A stretch of 64,000 bases of DNA, taken from assembly GCA_028023455.1 (NCBI GenBank), contig JAQFVV010000005.1:13516001-13580000 (forward strand), in the 5' to 3' direction. Shown in pieces: positions 1 to 12,560 of the stretch. The position numbers were made by a program, and so were the translations under genes. The notes under the pieces were generated by a model. The model was not told where the DNA came from. It searched no databases and worked only from the letters and a program-made list of their open reading frames with translations. This stretch comes from Epiperipatus broadwayi (lineage: Eukaryota; Animalia; Onychophora). Within the stretch, counting starts at the first letter, position 1. The number at the start of each line of letters is the position of its first letter.

Positions 1-945
1 ATGCAGTTTAATAAACCATTTAATACATTCATCAAACCACAAAACCATACTAAACCAGTACTCTCAACAGACCGCTCTTCACCTCAGAAAGTAAACTGAA
101 TAGATTCAAGCATAAATGAACTAAGACACTGAAAAAGTATTCAAAACTAAATTAAAAATCTTGGATGCCTATTCTCTTATATATCCTCAACTAAGATCCA
201 TCCCAGGAACACTTAATTTAACAAATCAAAAGATTACAAAGCTCTTTAAGGACTGAAACATGGAGCCCAAGTACATGGACTTTACCATTAAGATACACAT
301 GAATGCCTTATCAACCAATTGGTTTTTAAAATACAGAAGAGGATTTTCAATAATAAAACCCATCTGCCCATTATGTGATAAAGAAAAAAACATTTGAACA
401 TGTAATTAAAACATGCACAGGGCTATGCAAGTTCAAAAAAAATATTTATAATAGGTCCTTAAAGAAAGCCTTCTAACCAAACAATTTGCAACCATAAGGC
501 TAACACTATTTATAACAATGGCATTATGGCAAGTTAAATGCCACAAAACTTTCAATCACCTCCATCAAAACGAAGAACAATTTTTTTTTAAACAAAATGG
601 CAGAGATGAAAAAAAGGGACAAAATCTTGGCATCTACAAATAGATATAGATATATGGAGCCTTTTCAAAATAACAGAATAGAATGAGAAAACACCGGAAG
701 AATGAAAAAGGGAAAACGAAAGGAATAAAACAAAAACAAAGATAGAGCAAATTAAAATCGCAATCCCAAGCACAGGAACTAAGGAAAAAAATAGAAAGTT
801 CACAGAAAAGACTTTAATTGGTTAAATATCCTTAGTTTACTTGGATAATCCTAATTTGAAAATAATGTAAAAAACTTTTGTTTTTTTATTGTAACCCTAT
901 TTGATTATGATTTAATACATAAATAAATATTAGGAGAAAAAAAAC
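1..945 (+). mobile_element. 3' end of a degraded L1/Tx1-like LINE (ORF2 C-terminus with RT-associated zinc finger, 3' UTR); 5' part lies outside the window
   Basis: About 260-420 reads, across indels, MEPKYMDFTIKIH..NALSTNWFL..ICPLCDKEK.FEHVIKTC. This matches FLEPKFIDFLLKLNLSSLPTNQFL..CQLCQRDEETIQHIFLDC in ORF 40196..40678. AATAAA and an A-rich end lie near 920-945. Confidence 0.75.
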
Positions 946-1207
946 AAAGGATGTAAAAGTTTAGAATTCAATTACAAATTATAATTATGTAAATTGATTA
1001 TAATTATGTTTATAACAATAGAGTATTAAATCACGAGTTTTATTATATTATATGCTTTCAGAAATTAATCAGAGTATAAAAACAAACTCAAATTTATATA
1101 TATTAATCTTCTATTTTGTCATTGAACTAATAACTACATTTGTATTTAGTATTTTACTAGCATACATTTTTGCTTTGCCTTTTGATAATTTGAGCTACTA
1201 TTAATTG

Positions 1208-1247
1208 GTAAGCTCTTTACTTCATTTTCAATCACTTTTCTTTTAAG
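1208..1247 (+). other. Putative 40-nt spliceosomal intron in the 5' UTR of L1/Tx1 copy 1
   Basis: TTG|GTAAGC...CTTTTCTTTTAAG|ATG. The acceptor abuts the ORF1 ATG at 1248. Confidence 0.55.
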
Positions 1248-3795
1248 ATGAGTCGTTCAAATCAATATTTGGATCCTTTTAAGTTCAATGCTGGTGAAAG
1301 TGAAAATGTTCATTTTGTTTCCAATGTTTCTAAAGATATTGCTATGTCTCATTCTGAAATTATTCAGAATGCTAGTATGCACTTTTTGGAAAGTAGTGCT
1401 ACTCAAAAAAGTTTATCTGACTCTATTATATCATTTAAATCTCCTTTAAATAAATCGTTTTTTATTTCAAAGGCTGAACAACTTATTAATACTAATATTA
1501 TAAATAAGAAAAATTCCAATACTAGCTTAGATTCGGTTGCTATGCAAAATAAATCTACCAAAAATACTTCTGCTGTTCAAATTCCTTATAATGTAATGGT
1601 TCCCGATGACAATATTAACTTTGAAACTGAAAAACATGATTTTATATAAAAAAATAATATTTTAGAAGTAAAAACAGAGAATGTTAATTTTGATATAGTT
1701 AACTAATTCGAACGTTCCATTTAATAATTCAAAAAATATTTCAAATGCAAACTCAAATATTTCTAATTTTGTCTCTTCTGATCTGAATTCTTCTAATAAT
1801 GTTAAAAATCAGGTTTTTATTTCTCAAAATAATGTTTTATTATCAAAAAATAACTCTGTGATTCCTGATATTGTTTATAAAAAATATTTTCAATTAGTAA
1901 ATGGAGCTTTTATAGAAATCAACAATCATTCCTCAGTTGAACCTTTTGGAAGTCCGAAAACACACTTGGAATCTTATTCACAGTCTCATACTTCTGATTT
2001 ACATAATGTCATATTCCTCTGACAGATCTTTGCCTCAGCTTCTCCAAAAAAAAACAAAAATTCAAATTTTCAAGCTGATTCTGACATTTCTATTCAGAAA
2101 CAATCTCATTAAAATAAAAGTAAAATGTTTCATGGATCTAATAATGTTCATAATGTTTCAAATTCACTTTCTTCATCCAATGATATTCATTTCAATGCTA
2201 AAAATATGATTTGTCAACAAAATCAGTCTTTGGAATACACATCATTTTCTTCTCATACCTCAAAAACGGCTTTTACTGATAACAAGAAACCTAGTTATGC
2301 TTCTGTTCTTACTAATAACAAGGTTTATCCAGCTAATCATTCTACATCTCAGACTAATCTTTCTGCTCATCAGGTTTCTCCTGAGATTGGTCTTCTTGAT
2401 TTTGAAAATGATGAGAATAATAACTTACATAAATCAAGTAGCACAGTTTTATCAAGTTATTCTAATTCTCAAGATCTAAGAGATATTCATCAGAACATAA
2501 GTTCTGAATTTAATTCACATATTCCGCTATTCTTTCCAATTCCTTTTTGCACTATTCTAGTGATAACACTTTAATCCTTACTACAACAGATAAGAATTGT
2601 CAACTTTATTCTTTTCCTATAGATGATTTCTTTCAATTATTAAAAGCTTTAAATTTTGGTGATGTAATTAAGAGGGTGTATCATCACCCGAATAGAAGAT
2701 ACATTATACTGGAGTTTATAAATCTATTAAGAGAGAAAAAAAATTTAAAAGACATCAGCTTTTACTTAGCCAGCATTTCCTCATCTCTATCACTATGAAT
2801 AGGCCCAGGCTTGCTTTCGGTCTTGCCAGAAACTGTTACCTAAACTTTTCTCAGTTAGATTTTCAAAAACTTTCTTTGCAAATTTGGGAGAAATTATTAA
2901 TTTTAGGTATGACTCAGAAAAAAGAACTGGATTTGAATTACCCTCCAATACAGCTGCTTTGGCTATCAAGCTCTCTTCTCGTTGCACTCCTCTAGATATT
3001 CCTTCTATTCTTGAGGCAGATAAATGTCCAATTTCTTTTCATGGAGTAAAGCCGCAATGTTTCTTTCACGGTGATGGTTCGCATTTAGTTAAAGTATGTC
3101 CTAAATGAGTTTGTATTATCTGTAATGTTAGAAAATTTAAAAACTGTAATTGTAATTTAGCTACTCAAAACTCAACTTCTTCAATTCAATCTGTTGTTAT
3201 TGCTCCTCAGATATCCTCGGATCACTCAGCTCTTTCTCTACAGTGTTTTGCATAATTTGCAGGATCGTTCACTTGAATCATTTGTTTCTTCACAACAAAT
3301 TTTATCTATTCTGATGTTCAACACTTTAATTTGCACTCAACTTCTTTGCAGCCTGATGATTTTTCCATTGGATCTCATGATCTTGAAATTTCACAGCCAG
3401 ACATTATAAATAATGAAGCTCAAACTTCTGATTCCTTAACTCAAATTCAGACAATAATAAATGACCCTTGCCCTCCAAACAATAAGAGAAAAATACATGA
3501 TTCTTCTGGATCTCAACCTGATGACAATTTACTTTCTAATAATGAGTCGGATAATAATTCATCTTCCCTTTTATCCCAATTGAATAAACATCAAAAGCAA
3601 ACTAAGAAAAAAGAAAAAAAGATATCTAAAAGGCTAGTTTCTCAATCATCTGTAGAACATTCTTCCACATCTGTTCTCTCTCCTATAACTGTTCCATCTC
3701 ATCATACTCAAAACACTTCATTATTATTCTTCAAATTCTGTTGACCAAATTGTTGTTATTGATGAGATCATTACTGATGCAAAACATTTTAAATA
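1248..3795 (+). pseudogene. L1/Tx1 ORF1 (gag-like nucleic-acid-binding protein), fragmented
   Basis: ORF fragments 1248..1649, 2125..2574, 2547..2798, 2884..3108 and 3331..3744. Shared with copy 2: KRVYHHPNRRYIILEF, RTGFELPSNTAA and the Cys/His knuckle KPQCFFHGDGSHLVKVCPK. Confidence 0.75.
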
Positions 3796-3816
3796 ACTTT
3801 CATAACATATACATTT

Positions 3817-6800
3817 ATGCTGCTTAACATAACTGCTGTTAATGACAGAGGATTAAATTCTCTTGTTCGCATTTATGCCATCTCTCATTGGTTAAAATTC
3901 AACTTTCAGATTGCCTGTTTTGGTGAAACCAAACTTCATCTTAATTCTAATCATCATATTCTTGATGTTATTCACAGACTTGGATCTCTTCATTATATTC
4001 CATCTCACTCTGCCTCTTCTGGAGTTGCCTTCCTTATTAGCAAGCAACTCATTTGTATCAACCTTAGGATTATGTATCTTAATCAACATTTTCTTATGAT
4101 TAATATAACTTTTGAACCTTCGCGATTAATATTATTTATTTATATATTAAAAGTGAATTTATCTTCAATCATTCAACTTTTAACAAAATCAATTCTCTTT
4201 TATCTTCAGATTCCTTTCTGACCATACTTCTTGGTGATTTTAATGTCATATGATTGATTCAATAAAAAGTATCTTCATCTTCTCAATAAGCCTCTGCTCT
4301 GTGGTGAGGGCTGTTTCCCTCAAAATTCCTTTTCCTTCTATACTCATCACAAGACCTCCCTAATTGATCTCTATTATTCACCAGAACATTTTGATTTGCA
4401 CGCTAAACTTCAAGTTGTTCCATTTTCAGATCATCTAGCTATACAAGTTTCATTATCATTTGACTTTTCCTCTTTACTTCACCCCCACCACTCACTTACA
4501 ATCAGGTTACTAAATAAATCTTCTACAATTGAATCAATCTTTTCTGATGCTTATATCCTTTTTAGAAAAGTTAACATTCTGTCATTGTCTCCTATTCAAG
4601 CATGGCCTTCCTTTGTTGGTATTTTGAGCTCGCTTGTTAATTCACATACTAGAAGATCTAGAGGTCTGAAACATTTATTATGTGAGCTTGATTTTATAAC
4701 AGACAGGATTGCTAATCTTTCTGCTTCTCACTCTTCATAGACTGTCACTGATTTGAAATCTCAATATCTTGGAAAAACAAAAATGTCTTGTTCATTATAT
4801 TGCAACTAAGAGAACTAAGATCTTTCTTACTAATAGATATAATTATAGATATAATTGGACATGAAGTTACCTTAGGTGAGCTCTTGGTACCTCAAACAAA
4901 CATACCCCTACAATGATTTTTGTCGGATAGAATACAACTATGCTTTCAGAAATTCATAAGTTCTTTAAAAATAAATTGCAATCAAGAAACTTTGAGATTG
5001 GGGATATCTGCAGGCAGACTGAGTTAGATGAGCCTCATAATATTACTGATGCTATAATTCTTCAGAATTTAGAGGTCCTGAGACTACTCATCCTCACATT
5101 CATGGGATTCGATATTTTGTTTTTCATCTTTCTCACTTCACTGCTAAAATAGTTCGTCAAATGATTGATGTGCTTGCTCATAACATTCAAAACATACCTG
5201 ACATTTATCCTGTGTCGATAGTCCTTTTCAAAAAAAAAAACCCTTCGTCTTTAACATTAGACCAATTTCCATGATTCCACTTCTTATTAAAACTATTGAG
5301 TCTATAGTAAAGGCTTGTATTCAGCAACAACTTTATAAGCATATTTCCAATTATCAATTTGCTCGGAAGGAATCATCGACGGTAGATGCCATCAAACGTT
5401 TCATTCTAATTATTGAATTTGTCAGAAAGTCATAAAAAGTCCAACCTTGTAGTTATCCAACTTGATTTTGTGTCTGCATTTAGATAATGTCATTCTGTCA
5501 GTTCTTCTTTGTACATTACAGGACTATCAGGTTTCACAGATTAATATTCATATTATTGGTAATCTTCTCAATAGATCAATCTTCACATCATTAGATGGTA
5601 AGTAGTCTGATGGCTTCAGGTCTCATCTCTGTTCCGCAAAGCTCTTCTCTTTCTACATTGTTTTATCACATACCTCAATCCACTCCTTAACATAGAATCT
5701 GAGCTTCCTGGTCTTTATATTCCAGCTTTTAAATAAACTGTGCATCATATTTCATATGTAGATGATATCTCTTTCTCCCTAATCAGTCTCATCTACAGGC
5801 ACTTCTTCATCTGATAAACATTTATTCAAATGATTATAATCTTCATATAAATTTCTCTAAGTCTTCCATGTGGAATCTCAGATCTGGTTCTCCAATTCCT
5901 TCCATCTTCACTTCACAGGCAGTCTTTCTTAAGTTTTCCAGTTGCCTTATCTAGAACAGCTATTACTAGGCATATTCAAAACATGATTTTACAGAAAACC
6001 TAGAAAATAGCTGCTTCACTGGTGAACATCTCTATTTCTATCAGGCAAAGTCGTGCTCTTAAATACTCTAGTTTTCTCCAGGCATAGCTACTACCTTCCA
6101 ATTATTAAACCTACGAAGGCATTAAGCTCCCTCTATTCAAACTTACGAAGGCATTAAACTCCCTCTATTCAAAACTCTTATGGAAGGGTAGAGTTGTTGT
6201 CATCAGTATTTTAAAGGTTCAGATGTCTAAACATATGAATAGCCTTGGTTTGCATTCTGTTTCTACACTTCTTCAAAAGTCAATTTCATTACTTTACTGG
6301 TATTAAGCTTCCTAAATTGAATTTTCCTAATATTATCGATCCTACTGATACACCTCCTCCACTTTCTAGAAAATGGCTAAGCAACATTCTGAAGCAAGTT
6401 ATCAGAGATCTTCCTCAGATCCAATTAACTTTTGATACTAAAAAATCTTTTTGGGATACCTATAAGTTAAAACATCAAAATCAAGTTCCTTTATTTAGCA
6501 CTTTTGGTCTAAATAACAAAGTCTTACTTCGTAAATCACTTCTTTGGTTTATTGAATCTAAACATGTGGATTTCCTCATTAAGCTTAACCTTGCCTCTCT
6601 TCCTACAAGCCTGTTCTTGGTTGTTCATAGGGGATATACTTCGATCTCTTTGTGTTGTCAACTTTATTCTTCTGCTGAAGAAACAATCGCTCATTTACTT
6701 TATATCTGCCCCGCTCTTAAATCGATTAGAGATTTTGTTATTGACAATGATGCCTTTTCAGTACACAACACTATTAAATTTGGAATTTTTGCTTCTATAA

Positions 6801-6982
6801 GACTGTCTATTTTTCTTATATTCTCTTTAAGGTTGATTAGATGTAAGCTTATTTTTGGTCACTCAAAATCTTCTACTCTACAGATATTCCTACTGCTTCT
6901 TTGGCAAGCTAAACTTAGTGATTCTGCTCGGATGCCTGCATCTCTTCATAATGATACTTGGTCTGATTCATATTCCATCTGA
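3817..6982 (+). pseudogene. L1/Tx1 ORF2 (APE endonuclease + reverse transcriptase + zinc finger), many stops and frameshifts
   Basis: APE motifs NDRGLN, CFGETK and SDHLA. RT motif SYVDD at about 5752-5766. C-terminal CCQLYSSAEETIAHLLYICP. Confidence 0.9.
6112..6173 (+). repeat. 32-bp tandem duplication inside ORF2 (frameshifting)
   Basis: TACGAAGGCATTAA(G/A)CTCCCTCTATTCAAA occurs twice with period 32. Confidence 0.9.
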
Positions 6983-8379
6983 ATAACCTGTACTTTTATT
7001 TATATCTTTCATATAAAAAATATGTCATCTTAATCAAGTTTTTTTTAGTTTATTGACTGTTCTTGCTTTTCAAGTTGAATTCAATTTTTCATAATTTATT
7101 TTAAATTTATTTCCTGCTCAAGTCTTTTGAATGTTCAGATTTTTAGTTGTATTATATCTATGTTCTTACATTATATTCATGTGTTTTTTTCCTTTTGTAT
7201 TTTACCTTCTCAATGTGTATACATCTTTACTTCAGTTGTCTAATAAATCTTACTTTAAAAAAAAAAAAAAAACTACATTTGTCAACATACATGTGTTTGA
7301 ATTAAGAATATATTTAAAAAGATTAGCTATTTCAAAACTTTCTTCATGTTATATAAATCATAATTTAAAGAAATTCTAAATGTATAAAGAAAAAAAACTA
7401 TTTGTAAACTTAATAGTGTGTTCTTTTAAAAAGTAGTTATTAATATATTTTTTTCTTATTATTTATAAAGATCTGAAAAATCGTTTAAATTAACAAAGTT
7501 CTAAAAGAAAAAAACTTCTTCAAAATGATAATTCAAATTAAATATTTAAGAAGTCAAGAATTTACAAAGATGTTTTCTGGCTGGTTAATTAATGTCTAGG
7601 ATTCATGTTAATGTTTAAAACCTAACAATGTAAATTTATTTACTACTTAATGCTTAAGATATACGCGTATTTTTATTATCACAATTTCTAATGAAAGGCT
7701 GTTTAGTAATGGAATATTCTAATGAAGAAGATAATAATTACTCACTACATAAAATATCTCAAAGGATAAATATTTGGATTACCTCTTAGAAGGATGATTA
7801 TCAATAAACTTTAACTTTTAATATTCGTAAATGTTTTTATTTCATCTAAGAAAGAAACATAAAGACATTATTCTATTCAATTTCTTGGAATACATTGTTG
7901 TGTAGTTTAATGTCAACTTCTAAACTTTACTTCCTTTGTTGATAAGGATCATTTACATGGGGAAAATACTTCATTTCATAAGTTGATCGTATCAGGATAA
8001 AAAAAAAAACTAATAAGTTGAACATTTTTATATTTTATTTTATTTAATAAAATCTAGGTATTGATCAAAGTGACGTTGACCAAGGTAAAATTTTAAACTA
8101 TTTCAATTTGGAAGTAAAGTTAATTATTTCCCAAATTGAACATTGCTTGATGTTTTAAGTTTGTTGCTTACTGACATAATTAATATAGTAATGTATTTGT
8201 TATTGTAATCCTTTGTGTGAATGAATAACATCTCGTATGAAATTTCTTTATTTCATAACAGATAACACATACAGATTTATTTATAATTCTCATGACATTA
8301 TACATAGATTTATGATGTGTATCATTTTTTTTACATATAACTTTGAATTTATATTTAAGTAAATAGTTATATTATAGTT

Positions 8380-8860
8380 TGTGAATTTTAAGTTGTTAGT
8401 GATTATTTTATAAATAAGCATGTGTTATAATTAAAATTTTAATATTTTCTATTGTTATATAATATTTTTATTTCTGTTACTAGTTAATAAACGTGTTAAA
8501 CCTGATTTTAAAATTAAACAGGCCTCATATGTTTAATTTATTTAGATATTTTATAAAACAAATAATTACAAGTATACATACTCACATATATATATTAAAT
8601 TGACTTAATGTTTTAATATTATAAATAAGTTATATATATATATATATTATACTGAATTTATCATTACTATAGAATATTTATGGAAATGCCCGAAGAGCTC
8701 GAATTCTGAGCATAACAAGATTATTAATAGAGTAGGTTGGATTATATTTACATCATTTCATCCATAGCATTCTATAAAAAGACTCTACATCTGACTATAG
8801 TTAGATGTAACTTCCTCGATTACTGAAAAGAACTGTTCCATTATAATACATTAAAGTGAA
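8380..8860 (+). repeat. Dispersed non-coding repeat, copy 1 (paralog at about 32780-33350)
   Basis: Co-linear shared blocks: TTATTTAGATATTTTAT(A/G)AAACAAA, AATGCC(C/T)GAAGAG, GAATTCTGAGCATAAC, TTTCATCCAT(A/G)GCA and TCTGACTATAGTT. Confidence 0.8.
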
Positions 8861-8929
8861 GATTTTTGAAATATTTAAAGAAATATTTTCATTATCAATT
8901 TTCGTAAATTTCTTCTGGTTTTACCCAAC

Positions 8930-9263
8930 ATGGCTAGTGAAAATAAAAACAAAAACTACTATTAAAAACAAGCAGCAGAGAATTTCAAAGTTGGTGGACT
9001 CAAAAGTATGGGATGATTAATAAAGAAAATAAATCGGTGTGTGTTTTATGTTCCAGGACAGTTGTATGCAGGACATTCTCAGTAAAATGGCATTATGAGA
9101 CAAATCATACGCTGCTCCTTGAGAAATGCAAAAAAGAACAAAAGGAATTTATTGCTCACGCAGTTAAAAACAAAAATATGCATTCAGCATCCCTAAAAAA
9201 ATTTATCAGCAGTTCTTCAGAAAAATGTAACCTTATATATTCCAAATATCTTTAACTGCTAGT
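8930..9263 (+). mobile_element. hAT (Buster/SPIN, GTF2IRD2-like) transposase, N-terminal segment
   Basis: BED-like CVLC...WHYETNH in ORF 9013..9255. The segment ends at LTAS, and the reading resumes at about 20848. Confidence 0.8.
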
Positions 9264-9449
9264 AATAGCACATCAAACAGGTTAGTGCTGTTTACTTACT
9301 AGTTGTTAGCAATTATTAAAATAATGCCATCATATACAAATCATTGTTTTTATTTTTTTTATATATGTATATAATTATTAAAATTAACAATTTACATATA
9401 AATAAAAACTTCGCTGAATTACATTTATTACATAAATGAATCAACTCGA

Positions 9450-11060
9450 TTGGCAATGGCAGATTATGAAGGTAAGTAATTCTATTGGGATGTTAAATCA
9501 AAGACTTTCCTTTTAAAAAAAATGCCAACTGTACAATATTATTCCAAATTGCTGTAGAGTAAAAATTAACCGAGGTATATATAATCACGATGCTGTTACT
9601 AAAAAAACGCAAAAATATTTGCTGGCAATTATAACAAAGGGATGTAAAAATGCTCTAAAGAAAGAGAATAAGCGATGGGATAAAATGACTGCTCACAAAG
9701 TAATTCCCAACAACATTATTAACAAGCACAATAAACTAGAACAGAAATTGACAGTTAAATTCACGAAAAAACTAAAATTTTTGGAACGCAAGCAAAATAT
9801 AGAAATAATGCTACCAACGCAGCGGTTACATATATAAACAGAACGATAAATCCTCCGAAAGAAATTAGTAACGTTCTCGAACTGGGGCCTAGGTTTATTG
9901 GGGGTCAGTGGACAAGGGCAAAAATGGAAATTATTGCGGATGTAGAGGCTGGTCTTATAAACGAACCCAGCAGAGATAAAGTTATTGAACAGGTTATAAA
10001 AATTATTAAACATAAAAATGTACTACCCAAGCATAACAGTTGGAATGTTAAAATTAATAAAACTAAACAATTTCTAGCAAGTAACTCAATTGTATGTATC
10101 AAAGAGGATAAAGGCAATAGATTCATCTTGATTTCAAGAGCTAAGTGCACAAACAAAATGGAAGCGCAGATCAATAAACTTAAGTTCACATGCATAACTG
10201 AAAACAATAATAAAATCAACAAAGATAGATTCATATCCAATATATTAAGAACTCATAAAGATAAAACACTGTCTAGGGCTGAATATTTCCGAATATATCC
10301 ATCATCTTCCATACCTCCTAGAATGTTTGCCACTACATAAAATTGCATAAAGAAAACTCTCCTCTTAGATTAATGCTCGACTTTGGAGGCATCCATTATT
10401 TCCAAACTGCAAAAATGATTAATCTATGGCTTATAGATTCCCTGGGATTTGGAAACCACACTATCAAATCATCATTTGAATATGTGGAAAGAATAAAAAT
10501 TCTAAAATAAATTTGGAACACAAAATGACTGTATGCGATGTCAATGAACTTTATGGCTCAATTAACAGAAAAAAATCCATTATCATCATCGAAGATGAAT
10601 TAATTAAGAAAAATTATCCAAAAAAACGAATTGATTTTATAATAAAATTCTTGAAGTGGCTGGATAACAATATAGTGGCTAAATTTGGAAACAAATGGTA
10701 TGTTATGAATGATGGTTGGCCCATAGGACTACCTATGAGTGGAGTTGTTGCTAGTATTGTCATAAACCATTATGAGAGCCAAATTCTTCCAAAATATTTT
10801 ACAACAGATCCAACTCTCACATACTCTCGATATGTTGATGACATTTTTATTGCAGCAAAACCTTCCACCACTATTAACATACAAAACGAATTTCAAGCCA
10901 TCTCAGGATTAACCCTTAGTAGAACAGAGGAAAACAAGGAACAAGAAATAAAATACCTAGACTTGTTAATAAAAAGAGAATACACACTTAGATTTATAAA
11001 ATGATGATTAAACTACTGCACATACGAGGTTACACAAGCCCAAAATCTAACACCCCCAAC
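9450..11060 (+). mobile_element. Penelope-like element A, 5' half (N-terminal domain + RT)
   Basis: FLLKKCQLYNIIPNC, LELGPRF, IKEDKGN, YPSSSIPPRMF, DGWPIGLPMSG, YSRYVDDIF. Breaks off after RGYTSPKSNTP. GTAAGT donor at 9472. Confidence 0.88.
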
Positions 11061-12470
11061 ACATATTATAGCCCTTGGATTTGTCCAAGACTCCAGTTTT
11101 GGAGTTAAATATGCAAAATAGGGTTCAACAAAAATTTTCCTCATAATGTATGTATTTTTTTTCTCTTTAATAAAAAGATTTTAGCAAAGACTAAGTTTGA
11201 ACCCATATTTAAAGGGATTGCATATGTTTGACTTAGTAAGCAATCTAAAAATTTATTATTAAGATGTTTCTATCCAAAAGATTATTTTAGTTTTATTTAT
11301 GGGTCAAGTTAATATTAAAAACATATTTAAAAAAGTAAAATTTATATATTTGTTGATAGGTTGACTGAGAAAAGGGAAGAGATGTGTGACTCTTAAAACT
11401 GTGTTAGAGAGTGAAAATGAATGGACATTATTTTATACTAAGTGAGAAATAAATAGTTCATGAAAGTAAATGAAAAAATAATAATAATATAGGTATAATA
11501 GTTGTAATAAATAAAGATTAAGGCAGTAAATCGGTCAATTTAAAGAAATGTATATATGCAACGTGCATGTGTATATAATCTAATTGTGGATCTTAATTGT
11601 AAAATTCACAATCAATAATCGTTCCTTATCATGTTGTAAAGCAATCTTTAAATAAGAAATTAAATCATTTTAATAAGTTTAATATTAGCAGCCAAATTTA
11701 ATTCAAAGTCTGGGTTTGAAACTGAGCTGAAAAATATATATTTTGTTTCATTATTTAATGAAAAAGTAAAGGAGAGAAGATAACTGTTCTGTTATTTAAT
11801 TTTGGTATAGGTTTCATGGCGTTATATTACTCAGTCAATTATCAGTCTTTAAATAATGTAAATTTCACCCAAGAATTTAAGTGAACCATTAATGATGATA
11901 GTCTGTGAAATGTCAAAAATTAATTGGCAATTATAGCTGTTGAATTGTAAAATTAATTGTGGTCATCTGTTTAAAATATAGATTGGAATTTGGCATATTT
12001 TCTAAATGAGCAAAAAGGTTAAAATTAATTGAGAAAAGGGAACAAGTCAATTAATTAAGAAAAGAAAATGACCAGATGGATTTTCTCTATAAAATCTGTG
12101 TTAACAGAAGGGGAGGGGACTCTCTTATTTTTGAAGCTTTCTGTTGCAAGTTTTCTTTCATTGACTTAGAAAAAACTGTGCTATAAAATTTAAAAATTGT
12201 TTATTGTTACTTTTTGTCTCTTAAGAATAACTTGGCTAAATCTAATATTGTCTTAAGAAAAGATAATGTGTAGTGAATAAATTTTAAATTGGCACACATT
12301 TTAATCTCCAGAAATTACCAATAATAATAATTGTATCAGCAAATAGTAAAATTTAAAACTCAGAAGTTTGATGTATATGTAAGTCAATTTAAATATATAA
12401 AATGAATTCAAAGATGAAAAAGGACAATCAAAAACAGACTTATATTGTGAAAAAGTTAAACGAAGGCTGT

Positions 12471-12560
12471 TTAACTGAAATCTGCATAAAATTAAAAAGT
12501 TTAACTATAACCTGCATAAAATTAAAAAGATTAACTGTAACCTGCATAGAATTGGAAATG
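12471..12560 (+). repeat. 30-bp degenerate tandem repeat, 3 units
   Basis: TTAACTGAAATCTGCATAAAATTAAAAAGT / TTAACTATAACCTGCATAAAATTAAAAAGA / TTAACTGTAACCTGCATAGAATTGGAAATG. Confidence 0.85.

Larger units (their letters stand above)
1144..7270 (+). mobile_element. Full-length L1/Tx1-like non-LTR retrotransposon, copy 1 (inactivated)
   Basis: Two-ORF layout, AATAAA at 7242 and poly(A) at 7257-7272. 12-bp TSD AACTACATTTGT at 1132-1143 and 7271-7282. Confidence 0.92.
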
